The position numbers were made by a program, and so were the translations under genes. DNA of 64,000 nucleotides from Vulcanimicrobiota bacterium (GTDB lineage Bacteria; Vulcanimicrobiota; Xenobia; Xenobiales; JADMJV01): positions 3,808,149 to 3,872,148 of the forward strand of contig JBFWNU010000001.1 in assembly GCA_050250895.1 (NCBI GenBank), read 5' to 3'. The notes under the pieces were generated by a model, which did not search any database, was not told the DNA's origin, and worked only from the letters and a program-made list of their open reading frames with translations. Shown one piece after another: positions 1-9,059 of this stretch (its first letter is position 1; each line of letters begins with the position of its first letter).

Positions 1-173
1 ATGGTATAGGTGAGTCCGGCAAGAAATCTCCTTCGCCCTTCGGGAAGGCGTGCGACATCGCGGAGCATCTTCGCGGCTAGGACTCGGGTCTTCCCACTCC
101 CCGGACAGGCCTGGACCAATGCGTCACCGGGTGCTTTGAGCGCCTGCCTTTGCTGGTCATTCAGTTCGCTCAT
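1..173 (-). CDS. gajB: UvrD/Rep-family helicase N-terminus (GajB-like), truncated by window edge
   Basis: Not in the ORF track. The minus strand from ATG at 173 reads MSELNDQQRQALKAPGDALVQACPGSGKTRVLAAK...LAGLTYT, i.e. UvrD Q-motif, Walker A and motif Ia. The ATG overlaps the upstream gene's stop (ATGA at 170-173). Confidence 0.8.
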   Translation of the reverse strand, partial: MSELNDQQRQALKAPGDALVQACPGSGKTRVLAAKMLRDVARLPEGRRRFLAGLTYT

Positions 174-2218
174 GTGGGTTTTAGATACGCACGCACCTTA
201 GTGAGTGGGTCTGTAGGATTTGCCTGACAAAATTCCTCGATTGAAAAAGGGTCACCCTTTGCTAGGCCGGCCCTGTGCCGACCAATATCGGCCAACACCG
301 ACTCGTTGAGTGCCGAGGCAGCAGCAAAGCATACGCCCTCAAGAATGTACGCAGGTGTTTCGACACCGTTGTCGAGTTTTTCGGCCAACATCATTGCGAA
401 CCAGCCTTTGCCGGCCTTCTTCGCCATTCGGACGGCCGCCTTGCCACACTTGGAGTCGTCTGGAAGTTGGCGTAGAACCGCTGATTTTGTCTTAGGGTCT
501 TTGTAGATATTGCCAACCAAGCTTTCGAAATAACTACGATTGTCTCCCGTCAGCGCAAAATCTGCTTCAAAGGTATATCGCGCGTGACACAGCTTTACCC
601 ATTCGTTGCCTCCGAAGGCCTCTTCCAACTTAGCTTTTCGGCTCTTCCCACGCTGCTCAGCATTCCGGGCTCGCGTTATCTCTTTCTTCTCCCCGGTCTT
701 CGGGGGGGGGAGAGGCCCGAGAAGCGATGTGTCCAGGTCTGTTAAGATTGAGCACCGACGCCGCAGCCGGTCTCTGTGAAACAGTTTCGCCACGTGCTCA
801 AAAACGGTCCCATCCATTTTGATCAGACTGACTCCAACTTCATCAAGTCGAACACCAAACACCCGCTTGACGAGTTCGGGAATCACGATCAATTCGGTGT
901 CTCCTTCGACGAGACAGACACCCTTAGCAAAGAGAAGGGTCGTTCTGACTGCGTCTAAGTATCTCTCAATCTTGGAGCATTCAGCCTCCTCCAATTTGTT
1001 CGCAGGATAGAACACCGACGCTCGCCCCTTGCCGAGGCTTAGAACGTTTACTGCTCTGATCTTTGAGGCCGCAGAGATGTGAGTGGAGTGGGTCGAGACG
1101 ATGATTTGGGTTCGGTGTCCCTCATAGTTTTCAAACAGCGTCTTCTGGACGTGAGTGTGGAGATGAGCCTCCGGCTCTTCAATCAGAAGAAAGTGACCGG
1201 AACGGTCCTTGGCGAGGTTCGACTCATACTCAAGTAGCTTCAGGCTCAAATAGATTAGGTTGGCGGCACCGAGACTCAACCCACCAACGTCATCAAGCAG
1301 TTCGACACCAGTCATATCCTTGATTTTGAGGACCAGGCGCCGCAGCAATGCGTCCAATTGTTCGGGTAACGTCGATTCGATCTTCACCTCGGGCGCGTAG
1401 GTCCTGCCAACAGCTTTGAGAAGAGTCGCGGAAATATCGTTTGATAGGTCAACAACATCGGCCAGCTCGGAAATATCTTTGTTGAGCGTCTCAACCTGTT
1501 TGATGATGCCATCGCCGTCGACAAACTCGCAGTTCTTCAGCAAGTTTACTAGTGGGTTGTCCCACTTTCTTAGGTCCGCGACCACATCCCGAAGCGCCTT
1601 GATGAACGTGCAAGTGACCTCGTTCGACAGAAGAGTTCTCTCCATTGACGCGCCCACTCGTCTCGTGTCCTCGCGGCGAGGATCTGGAAATACGAGCTTC
1701 TCGAAATCTCCCACGATGCGTTTGTAAACCTGATCGCGAACAAAGTTCGCGGTGCCTTTACCGAAGTAGTCTGTCTTGTAGTCTTTTAGCGTGATCGTTT
1801 TCATGAAGGCGGCCGTCGCCGCCAGGTCACCTTTGTCGCCTAGGCGGTGAAGTTCTGCCCGCTTTTCCAGGCTTGGCCTAAAGATCAATGTGTAGCGGCC
1901 GGTATCGTCGTCCTCTTCAGTTCGACCGCATCCGTGTCGAATCAACGCGTGTTCGTCGGAATCATCGAGGCCCGCAAGATCTATTTGAACAATAATCCAA
2001 TGTCCTGACCAGGGACCGAGGGCGCGATTGAAGTCACTGGCCTCCAATCTCTCAGCGTATCGAGGAAGGCTGCTGTCCAACAACAGCCGGAGCGCGTGAA
2101 GGGCGTTGGTCTTTCCCGAACCGTTCTCACCGATTAGTGTGTTAACATTGGGTTTGAAGGTAAACTCTTCCGCCAAGAAATTACGGAAATTCCGAATCGC
2201 CAGCCTCGAAATCCACAT
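170..2218 (-). CDS. gajA: OLD-family ATP-dependent nuclease (ABC ATPase + TOPRIM), Gabija GajA-like
   Basis: Walker A GENGSGKT, Walker B LLIEEPEAHLH, H-loop STHS, TOPRIM VEGDTE and TDLD. Translationally coupled to a UvrD helicase. Confidence 0.8.
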   Translation of the reverse strand: MWISRLAIRNFRNFLAEEFTFKPNVNTLIGENGSGKTNALHALRLLLDSSLPRYAERLEASDFNRALGPWSGHWIIVQIDLAGLDDSDEHALIRHGCGRTEEDDDTGRYTLIFRPSLEKRAELHRLGDKGDLAATAAFMKTITLKDYKTDYFGKGTANFVRDQVYKRIVGDFEKLVFPDPRREDTRRVGASMERTLLSNEVTCTFIKALRDVVADLRKWDNPLVNLLKNCEFVDGDGIIKQVETLNKDISELADVVDLSNDISATLLKAVGRTYAPEVKIESTLPEQLDALLRRLVLKIKDMTGVELLDDVGGLSLGAANLIYLSLKLLEYESNLAKDRSGHFLLIEEPEAHLHTHVQKTLFENYEGHRTQIIVSTHSTHISAASKIRAVNVLSLGKGRASVFYPANKLEEAECSKIERYLDAVRTTLLFAKGVCLVEGDTELIVIPELVKRVFGVRLDEVGVSLIKMDGTVFEHVAKLFHRDRLRRRCSILTDLDTSLLGPLPPPKTGEKKEITRARNAEQRGKSRKAKLEEAFGGNEWVKLCHARYTFEADFALTGDNRSYFESLVGNIYKDPKTKSAVLRQLPDDSKCGKAAVRMAKKAGKGWFAMMLAEKLDNGVETPAYILEGVCFAAASALNESVLADIGRHRAGLAKGDPFSIEEFCQANPTDPLTKVRAYLKPT

Positions 2219-2224
2219 GCTCTA

Positions 2225-5200
2225 CTACCCCTGGGAGGTTTCCTCACTTCTCGATTGGCCAATGTCCCGCCCGCTAAATGCCTCGTAGGCCGCCATCAAG
2301 TCGGACTCACGATTGCAGCTGTCAAAGGGCGGTGAGAATGTCTTTGCGAACTCGGGTAGGTCTTCCTGTTTGCAGGCCCACTTGACCTGTTCCCATTCCT
2401 TTCTCGTCAATCCCACGCCCGAAAGTCCTCTGTTGACGGTGAACACGATGTTGCCCTTGGTATCGTAGTAGGTATCCGCCTCGTACATTCGTAGAACCGG
2501 GAATTGAATCCGGTAGATCGCCAGGAGCTCTTTGTCGCTCATTCCGAGGGAAAGTGCGGCGAGCGCATCCAATTCGACTAAGGCCTGCCGGCGCTCGAAG
2601 GAAGTTCTCAGGCAACTCCGCCGGGTCCAGGTCCCGCTCAACTCACTCCAGCTCTTCAAGCGTGGATCCTTCTTAGTAAACGAGTCTTGACTCATTGATC
2701 CGTCGAAGCTCGCGGCCCAGAGTTCCCGGTAATGGCTGGTCAGGGCACTCAGTCGCAGCGCTCTTGACTTGATGGCTGGTGTGAAGCGCGTCGTTTTGAA
2801 AGGCAGAATCGCAAGTAGTCCCAGGTCAAGATGGCCCCGGCCCGTTGATTTTACGAAGAAATCGAATACGATCGAGAAACTTAGGCCGGCAAAATGCAGA
2901 AGATCACTCAGTCGCTCGAAACATACACCGTAGACGGTATGGATATGAGTGACCCCCTTCGGGACGACGGCCGAAACAAAGGTCCTTTCGCCGGTTGGGG
3001 CTACCATCTCGCGGAAGACTAAACGATAGTAATCATTGACGGGAACTCCTCTCCAACTCGGTAGTCGCCTTTCAAATTCCACTGGCGAGCAGGCCGGTGT
3101 GTATACCCCTCGAGGCAAGTAGTCTTCTTGTGAGGTGTCGAGATCCACGACCGCATAGTCTTGGTTGTGTCTGCAACCTACGTTAGCGGACTTGTTGAAG
3201 GGGTTACCGACAAAGAAGTGGGGGCCGGACAGAATCAAGCTCGATGGATGCTCTGGCGTTAGGCTATCCTTTCGGATCGTGCCGTTCCTCTGACTCTGGG
3301 TTTCGTCCAAGCAGGTTGTCGGGAAGTATCTGTCTTCCAAATCCCCCAGCCGCCGGTCTACCGCCGCAAAGCGACGCAGCACGTTGAGAATCTCCCGGCT
3401 ATGCACGACCGGCACTCGGGCCTCGAGAGCCGGCGTGCCGGCTGGGTCATAGAGCGTGGCAAACAGCTCCAGCGTGGCCTCGTCCACCTCCACAATCCGC
3501 GACCGATGTCCGCGAAGGTCCCAATGGTTCTCGTCGTCCTTGATGCCGGGCACGGCCCCGAAGCCATCGTGGCCCTCCGACTCCCCCAGCGTCCGGGGGT
3601 GGAACAGGTTCGAGCACAGCCGAAAGCGCACCGCCTCGCTCAATTCGCCGGCGGTGATGGTCGTGCAATAGGGCCGCTGATGGTCGACCCCCTCGAACAG
3701 AATCAGCTCGTTCTTGAACTGCCAGACCCACTTCAACCGCCGAGCCAGCTCGGCTCGCAGCAGCCCGCCCTTCGGGTCGTCAAAGACTCCCGGTTGATGC
3801 ACCAGGCCCTGCATGCCAGCCTTGCTCAGCAGCCTCCAGTTGTTCACCAGAAAGCACTTGTAGAGATTGTTCTTCTGCCCGGCCAACAACGGATAGTTGG
3901 GCACCGCACCTAAGAACTGGGCCGTGCCCATCACCTCCTGGTATTCGCCGAGATACAGCTCGCGCTCGGCCTGGCCGGCCAGCACCTCGGCCCGGCGCTT
4001 GGCGGTGTCAGAGGCCGACACGCCCCGCACCTCGAGCTCGGGAGCGATGTCGCCCAGCACGCCCCCTTCTTTCCACTCCACCTTCACCCAGGGCGGGTTT
4101 CCTACGATGATGTCAAAGCCGCCCCGCTCGGCGAACACCTCGGCGAAGGCCAGCTCCCAGTGCACGAAGCGCACCCGGCCGGTCACCTCGCGCACGACCC
4201 CAAAGCGCTCGAACTGCTGGCTCAACTGGTCGACGTCGCCGTCGAGCAGGGCCTCGACCTCCATCAGCCACTCGTCGCGGCTGGGCAAGAGGTGGGCCTG
4301 GGCCAGCGGCCAGAACCACAGGGCGCACCAATAGTCCATCACCGCCCCCAGGCGCCGGCCGGCGGCGGTGCCGCGCCCGAGGGTGGCGGCGACGGCCTGG
4401 CTCTGGTCGACTCGGTGCCACTGGCTCTCGGGCCGGGGCTGGCCCCACAGGCGCACCGGCTGGCGCAGCTGGGCCAGCACGGTGCGGCGCTGCTCGGTGT
4501 GGCTCTGCCACAGGCTGTCGATGCGCTGCGAGATGCGCTCGAGGCTGTCGAGTTCGGGGGCGGTGAAGGCGGCGGTGATCGCCTTGCGCCACTTCTTCAT
4601 GGCCTCGAGGGCCTCGGGCTCGAGCTCTTTGACGGCCTTGTCTTTGTCAAACGAGGCCATCCCCTCGTAGGGCACCAGAAAGTGATAGACCTGGCCGGCC
4701 CCGCACCGGCTGACCCGCTCGGGAGGCTGCTTGAGCCACTTCTTGGCCAGCGCCTTGCGGTCATAGACGGCCCGTCGGCAACCGATGAGGCTGTCGCCGG
4801 TGGCCAGGCGCAGGTCGAGGTACGGGGTCTCGACCGACTTCGACAGGGTGTTGAGCCACAGCGACAGCTTGGCAAGCTCGAGCGCCCGGGGGTTCTTGTC
4901 GACGCCATAGCAGTTGTGGGCGGCCAGGTGGTATTTGACCTTCTGCCACTGGCGCTGATAGTCGTCAGAAGCCAGGCTCTGGCCCAGCTCTTTCTGCTTG
5001 GCCTCGAGATAGTGGTGGGCCAGCTGGTTGATGGCCTCGTTCAAGAAGGCGCCCGAGCCCATGGCCGGCTCGCAAATGGTCAGTTCGAGCATCTCGTCGG
5101 CGCTCAGGTTCTGCAGGCGCTCGCGCAGGGTGTATTTGGTCAGGCAGCGCGTGAGCACCTCGGGAGTGTAGAACGAGGCGCTCTTCTCGCGGTCGCGTCC

Positions 5201-6751
5201 GGCCAGGCGAAAGAGATAGCTGCCCTTCTTGTGCACTCGCTTGCGCCCCGAGGGGTCGCGCACGAACTCTTGCTCGTCGAAGGCTCCGGCCCGACCGGCG
5301 GCCACGAAGAACGTGCGGGCTTCTTCGTTGTCGACCTCTTTGGCCGAGCGCACCTCGAACAGGTCCTCTTGGGCGAAAAAGCCCGAGTAGCTGAGCAGGC
5401 CTTCATAGACCGAGCCCAACTGGTTGATGCCGAGCTGGGCATACGAGATGCGCCCCCGCTCCTTGCGCCCTCCCTCGCGCGACAGCGAGAGCAGCTGCAG
5501 CACCTGCTGCACCACCAGGTTGCGAAACTTGACTCCGCGCAGCAACGGGGTGCGGGCCGGGTCGAAGATGGGGCTGCGCAGGCCGTTGAGGCTGAACCCC
5601 TCGTGCACGATCTGGTCGAAGTCCAGCGCCAGCTGGTCGCGCAGGGGAAAGCCCTCTTGCACCAGCCGAAAGAGCTGCTCGAGGCTGTGGTGCAGAAAGA
5701 ACCCGTCGCGAGCCTCGGCGGTGGTCAGCGGCACCAGCTCGAGGTCGCGCAGGGCCTCGAGCGAGTAGCCCTGGCGAAAGGCGTCGGACTGCATCGGAAC
5801 CACCCCCAGCTCGGCTCCGCGCGCCTCGACGTAGAACAGAAAGAGCAGGCGATAGAGATAGACCAGGCACTCTTCGGTCAGCTGGCGGGCCAGCTGGTCG
5901 TTGCTAAAGACTGCCTCTTTGGCCACCTCGCGCTTGTAGCGCACGGCCTCGTTGCCCAGCAGCTCGATGGCCGCCCGGGCTCCGTATTTGAGGTCGGTCG
6001 AGACGGCGAAGGCGTGCTTGTGGCTGGCCTCGTCGAGGGCGTCGTGGCGGCACAGCCCGTCTTCGGGGTTGAGCACCTCGCGATGCAACAGGGCGGCAGT
6101 GGCCTTAAGGGCCGCGTCTTGCCGGCGGCTGAGCAGGTCGCCCAGCTCGAAGCGCAGATACTTGCCCTGGCCCCACTTGTAGTGGTCGATGAGAAAGATG
6201 TCTTCGCCCCCCATGAACAGCACCCAGCGGGGAGGGCTCTCTTGCTTGAACACCGGCCCGTCCAGCAGCTCGCGCCAGCTGGCCTCGGGCAGGGCAGCCT
6301 CGCCGGCGTCTTTGGGCAGCTGGGCCACCAGCGGCTGCTCATCGAGGGGCGAGTCGTCTTCGTCGCCCGGAAAGGGAGCATCCACCACCCACAGAAAAGG
6401 CCGGCCGTCGCGGCGCTGGCTCAGCAGCACCGGCACCACTCGCTGGTCGGGGAGGGCCTCGATGGTGGGCTGATAGTCGTAGCCCAGGGCTTCTAGCAGT
6501 TTGGCGTGAAACTCTCGCGCCCGGCTCCACCGCTCGGCCGGCTCGCGCTCTTGCGAGGCCAGGTGGCGGGCCTGGAAGTAGGTCTCGGCCAGCCTGGCCA
6601 GGCGCTTGTTCGGAGCTGCCTGTCCGCTCTCTTTCTCGCGCTGGCTCCAGCCCTCGAGCACGTCCTTGAGGTCGCTGCCCAGCACCGCCTCGAGATAGTG
6701 GTGCGAGTAGAACTCGCCAACGTTGTGGATTCCGGTCAGATCGAGAGCCAT
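2225..6751 (-). CDS. Large N6-adenine DNA methyltransferase, type IIG/Eco57I-like restriction-modification protein
   Basis: 1508 aa with SFYTP, SAM-binding motif I EPAMGSGAF, YGVD and catalytic motif IV GNPPW, followed by a putative target-recognition region. Confidence 0.8.
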   Translation of the reverse strand: MALDLTGIHNVGEFYSHHYLEAVLGSDLKDVLEGWSQREKESGQAAPNKRLARLAETYFQARHLASQEREPAERWSRAREFHAKLLEALGYDYQPTIEALPDQRVVPVLLSQRRDGRPFLWVVDAPFPGDEDDSPLDEQPLVAQLPKDAGEAALPEASWRELLDGPVFKQESPPRWVLFMGGEDIFLIDHYKWGQGKYLRFELGDLLSRRQDAALKATAALLHREVLNPEDGLCRHDALDEASHKHAFAVSTDLKYGARAAIELLGNEAVRYKREVAKEAVFSNDQLARQLTEECLVYLYRLLFLFYVEARGAELGVVPMQSDAFRQGYSLEALRDLELVPLTTAEARDGFFLHHSLEQLFRLVQEGFPLRDQLALDFDQIVHEGFSLNGLRSPIFDPARTPLLRGVKFRNLVVQQVLQLLSLSREGGRKERGRISYAQLGINQLGSVYEGLLSYSGFFAQEDLFEVRSAKEVDNEEARTFFVAAGRAGAFDEQEFVRDPSGRKRVHKKGSYLFRLAGRDREKSASFYTPEVLTRCLTKYTLRERLQNLSADEMLELTICEPAMGSGAFLNEAINQLAHHYLEAKQKELGQSLASDDYQRQWQKVKYHLAAHNCYGVDKNPRALELAKLSLWLNTLSKSVETPYLDLRLATGDSLIGCRRAVYDRKALAKKWLKQPPERVSRCGAGQVYHFLVPYEGMASFDKDKAVKELEPEALEAMKKWRKAITAAFTAPELDSLERISQRIDSLWQSHTEQRRTVLAQLRQPVRLWGQPRPESQWHRVDQSQAVAATLGRGTAAGRRLGAVMDYWCALWFWPLAQAHLLPSRDEWLMEVEALLDGDVDQLSQQFERFGVVREVTGRVRFVHWELAFAEVFAERGGFDIIVGNPPWVKVEWKEGGVLGDIAPELEVRGVSASDTAKRRAEVLAGQAERELYLGEYQEVMGTAQFLGAVPNYPLLAGQKNNLYKCFLVNNWRLLSKAGMQGLVHQPGVFDDPKGGLLRAELARRLKWVWQFKNELILFEGVDHQRPYCTTITAGELSEAVRFRLCSNLFHPRTLGESEGHDGFGAVPGIKDDENHWDLRGHRSRIVEVDEATLELFATLYDPAGTPALEARVPVVHSREILNVLRRFAAVDRRLGDLEDRYFPTTCLDETQSQRNGTIRKDSLTPEHPSSLILSGPHFFVGNPFNKSANVGCRHNQDYAVVDLDTSQEDYLPRGVYTPACSPVEFERRLPSWRGVPVNDYYRLVFREMVAPTGERTFVSAVVPKGVTHIHTVYGVCFERLSDLLHFAGLSFSIVFDFFVKSTGRGHLDLGLLAILPFKTTRFTPAIKSRALRLSALTSHYRELWAASFDGSMSQDSFTKKDPRLKSWSELSGTWTRRSCLRTSFERRQALVELDALAALSLGMSDKELLAIYRIQFPVLRMYEADTYYDTKGNIVFTVNRGLSGVGLTRKEWEQVKWACKQEDLPEFAKTFSPPFDSCNRESDLMAAYEAFSGRDIGQSRSEETSQG

Positions 6752-6795
6752 CCGGGTAGCTTTGTCCTACGACCGGCGACTCCTGTCGTTTCTTG

Positions 6796-7013
6796 GATTT
6801 GACAAGGGCCTCGAAGAGGCGCGCCTCGAGGGGCTTAGAGAGTCTCGTCAGACCATCGTTGCCATTCTCCAGAGCCGGTTTGAGGCTGTTCCGGCGACGG
6901 TCGAAGAGAGGCTCGAGGGGGTCAGCGACCCTGGCCGTCTGCGCGAGTTGGCGGTCACGGCCGCGAACGCCGGCTCGGTCGACGGCTTTCTGTCGGCCTT
7001 CCAGCAGCCTTAG
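6796..7013 (+). pseudogene. Isolated Rpn/DUF4351-like C-terminal helical domain (fragment or small protein)
   Basis: GFDKGLEEARLEG...ILQSRFEAVPATVEERLEGVSDPGRLRELAVTAANAGSVDGF resembles the Rpn/PD-(D/E)XK C-terminal domain. No nuclease domain or clear start; the annotated start overlaps the MTase gene. Confidence 0.5.
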
Positions 7014-7050
7014 ACAGAGGAAATCCGGCGCCAGAGGCTAAGCGGAGCGA

Positions 7051-8490
7051 GTGCAACTCGACTACGCCACCCTCGAGACCCTGCGCCAGAGCCATCCTGC
7101 CTGGCGACTGTTGCGGGCCGACCTGGCACCCTTGATTGCCAGCTTTCTCCACCAGACCTACGTGCTGCCCAACGTGCGCGTCTATCCGCTCTCAGAGCTG
7201 GCCGAAAAGCTCGAAGACGAGCTCTATCGCCTGCGCCAGACTCACGGTGAAGACCAGTTTCGGCGCGACGCCACGGCCTATCTCGACGAGTGGGCCGGCG
7301 ATGAGCGCGGCTGGCTGCGCAAGTATTATCCGGTGGGCGAAGACGAGCCCCACTTCGATTTGACCCCGGCCAGCGAGAAGGCCATCGCCTGGCTGGCGGG
7401 GTTGGTGCAGCGGCCGTTCGTGGGCACCGAGTCGCGGCTGTTGACGGTCTTCAACCTGCTGCGCCAGATCGTGGAGGGCTCGGAGACCGATGTCGAGGTG
7501 CGCATCGCCGAGCTGCGGCGAAGAGCCGAGGAGATCGAAGCAGAGATTGGCCGGCTCGAGGACGGCCGGCTCGAGCTGCTCGACGACACCTCGCTGCGTG
7601 ATCGCTTTCTGCAGATGGCCGTCACCGCCCGCGAGCTGCTCAGCGACTTTCGCGAGGTCGAAGAGAACTTTCGCCGCCTGGACCGCCATTCGCGCGAGCG
7701 CATCGCCCTGTGGGACGGCACCAAAGGCGAGTTGCTCGACGACATCTTCGGCGAGCGCGACGCCATCATCGACTCCGACCAGGGCCGCAGCTTCAGGGCC
7801 TTCTGGGATTTCTTGCTTTCAGCCAGCAAGCAAGAGGAGTTCAGCGACTTGCTGGACCGGGCTCTGGAACTGCCGGCCATCTCCTCGATGAAACCCGATA
7901 CCCGCATTCGGCGTGTCCACTACGACTGGCTAGCCGCCGGCGAGCATACCCAGCGCACGGTCTCGGCTCTCTCCCAGCAGCTCCGACGCTTCATCGACGA
8001 TCAGGCCTGGCTCGAGAACCGGCGCATCATGGAGATCCTCAAGAATGTCGAGCGGCATGCGGTGGCCGTGCGCGAGTCGCCTCCCGAAGGCAACTTCATG
8101 GACATCGAAGAGATCGCGCCGGAGCTTGCTTTGCCGATGGAGCGGCCGCTATTCACTCCGCCCCTGAAGGTCGAGATTCCCTCGGAGCGGCTCGAGCTAG
8201 CCCAGGCCGATCTCGACACCGAGCGGCTGTTTTCTCAAGTGTTCGTCGACAAGAGCCGCTTGTTGGGCCAGGTTCGCCGGGCCCTGGGCGGGCGCTCCCA
8301 GGTGACCCTGGGCGAACTGTTGCAACAGTATCCTTTGCAGCAGGGTCTGGCCGAGCTGGTGACCTATCTTTCTTTGCAAGAGCAGGATTTCGAGATCGTC
8401 TTCGACGAGAGTAGGAGCGATGAAGTGGTCTGGGAGGACGAAGAACGGCGGCGCAAAGCGCGCTTGCCGCGGGTGATCTATACGCGATGA
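7051..8490 (+). CDS. jetA: Wadjet JetA (DUF3375 family)
   Basis: N-terminus HPAWRLLRAD, FVGTESRL and QGRSFRAFWDFL motifs. First of four overlapping genes. Confidence 0.85.
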   Translation: MQLDYATLETLRQSHPAWRLLRADLAPLIASFLHQTYVLPNVRVYPLSELAEKLEDELYRLRQTHGEDQFRRDATAYLDEWAGDERGWLRKYYPVGEDEPHFDLTPASEKAIAWLAGLVQRPFVGTESRLLTVFNLLRQIVEGSETDVEVRIAELRRRAEEIEAEIGRLEDGRLELLDDTSLRDRFLQMAVTARELLSDFREVEENFRRLDRHSRERIALWDGTKGELLDDIFGERDAIIDSDQGRSFRAFWDFLLSASKQEEFSDLLDRALELPAISSMKPDTRIRRVHYDWLAAGEHTQRTVSALSQQLRRFIDDQAWLENRRIMEILKNVERHAVAVRESPPEGNFMDIEEIAPELALPMERPLFTPPLKVEIPSERLELAQADLDTERLFSQVFVDKSRLLGQVRRALGGRSQVTLGELLQQYPLQQGLAELVTYLSLQEQDFEIVFDESRSDEVVWEDEERRRKARLPRVIYTR

Positions 8491-9059
8491 ATTCCGAAGT
8501 CTCACAGCTTTCTCAGCTGGTCATACCGCTGCTCAAGGGCGTGCTCTATCAAGAGAGCGATGCGACTCTGTGGCAGGCCCTGCTCAACCTGCAGGGCCGG
8601 GTGCGCGACTACGTCAAGGTGCTCGGGCTGGAGTTGATTCTCGATGAAGCCGAGGGGCACGCATTCTTGCGCTCCCGCGCGCCGGAAGAGGGAGAAGAGC
8701 CTCTGCCGCGCCTGGTTTCGCGCCGCCAGCTCTCTTATGGGGTGAGCCTGCTGCTGGCTTTGCTGCGGCGCAAACTGGCCGAAAACGACGCCGCCGGGGG
8801 CTCGACCCGGGTGATCCTCTCGCGCGAGGAGATCGTGGAGCTGGTGCGGCTGTTTCTGCCGGACGGCACCAACCAGGTGCGCCAGGTGGATCGAGTCGAG
8901 CGCGACCTGAACAAGGTCATCGAGCTGGGCTTCGTGCGCCCGCTCAAGGGTCAGCAGCACCAGTATGAAGTGCGGCGCATCTTGAAGGCTTTCGTCGACG
9001 CCCAGTGGCTCAACGAGTTCGAGGCGCGTCTGCAAGAGTATCAGGAGCACGCGAAGTGA
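8487..9059 (+). CDS. jetB: Wadjet JetB (DUF4194 family)
   Basis: 190 aa with LLKGV, LGLELILDEAEG and YEVRRILKAFVDAQWL. ATGA overlap with jetA. Confidence 0.85.
   Translation: MNSEVSQLSQLVIPLLKGVLYQESDATLWQALLNLQGRVRDYVKVLGLELILDEAEGHAFLRSRAPEEGEEPLPRLVSRRQLSYGVSLLLALLRRKLAENDAAGGSTRVILSREEIVELVRLFLPDGTNQVRQVDRVERDLNKVIELGFVRPLKGQQHQYEVRRILKAFVDAQWLNEFEARLQEYQEHAK

Noticed and set aside
4160-6496. 778-aa plus-strand ORF
   Set aside because: Antisense shadow of the methyltransferase, caused by GC3 bias; no motifs.
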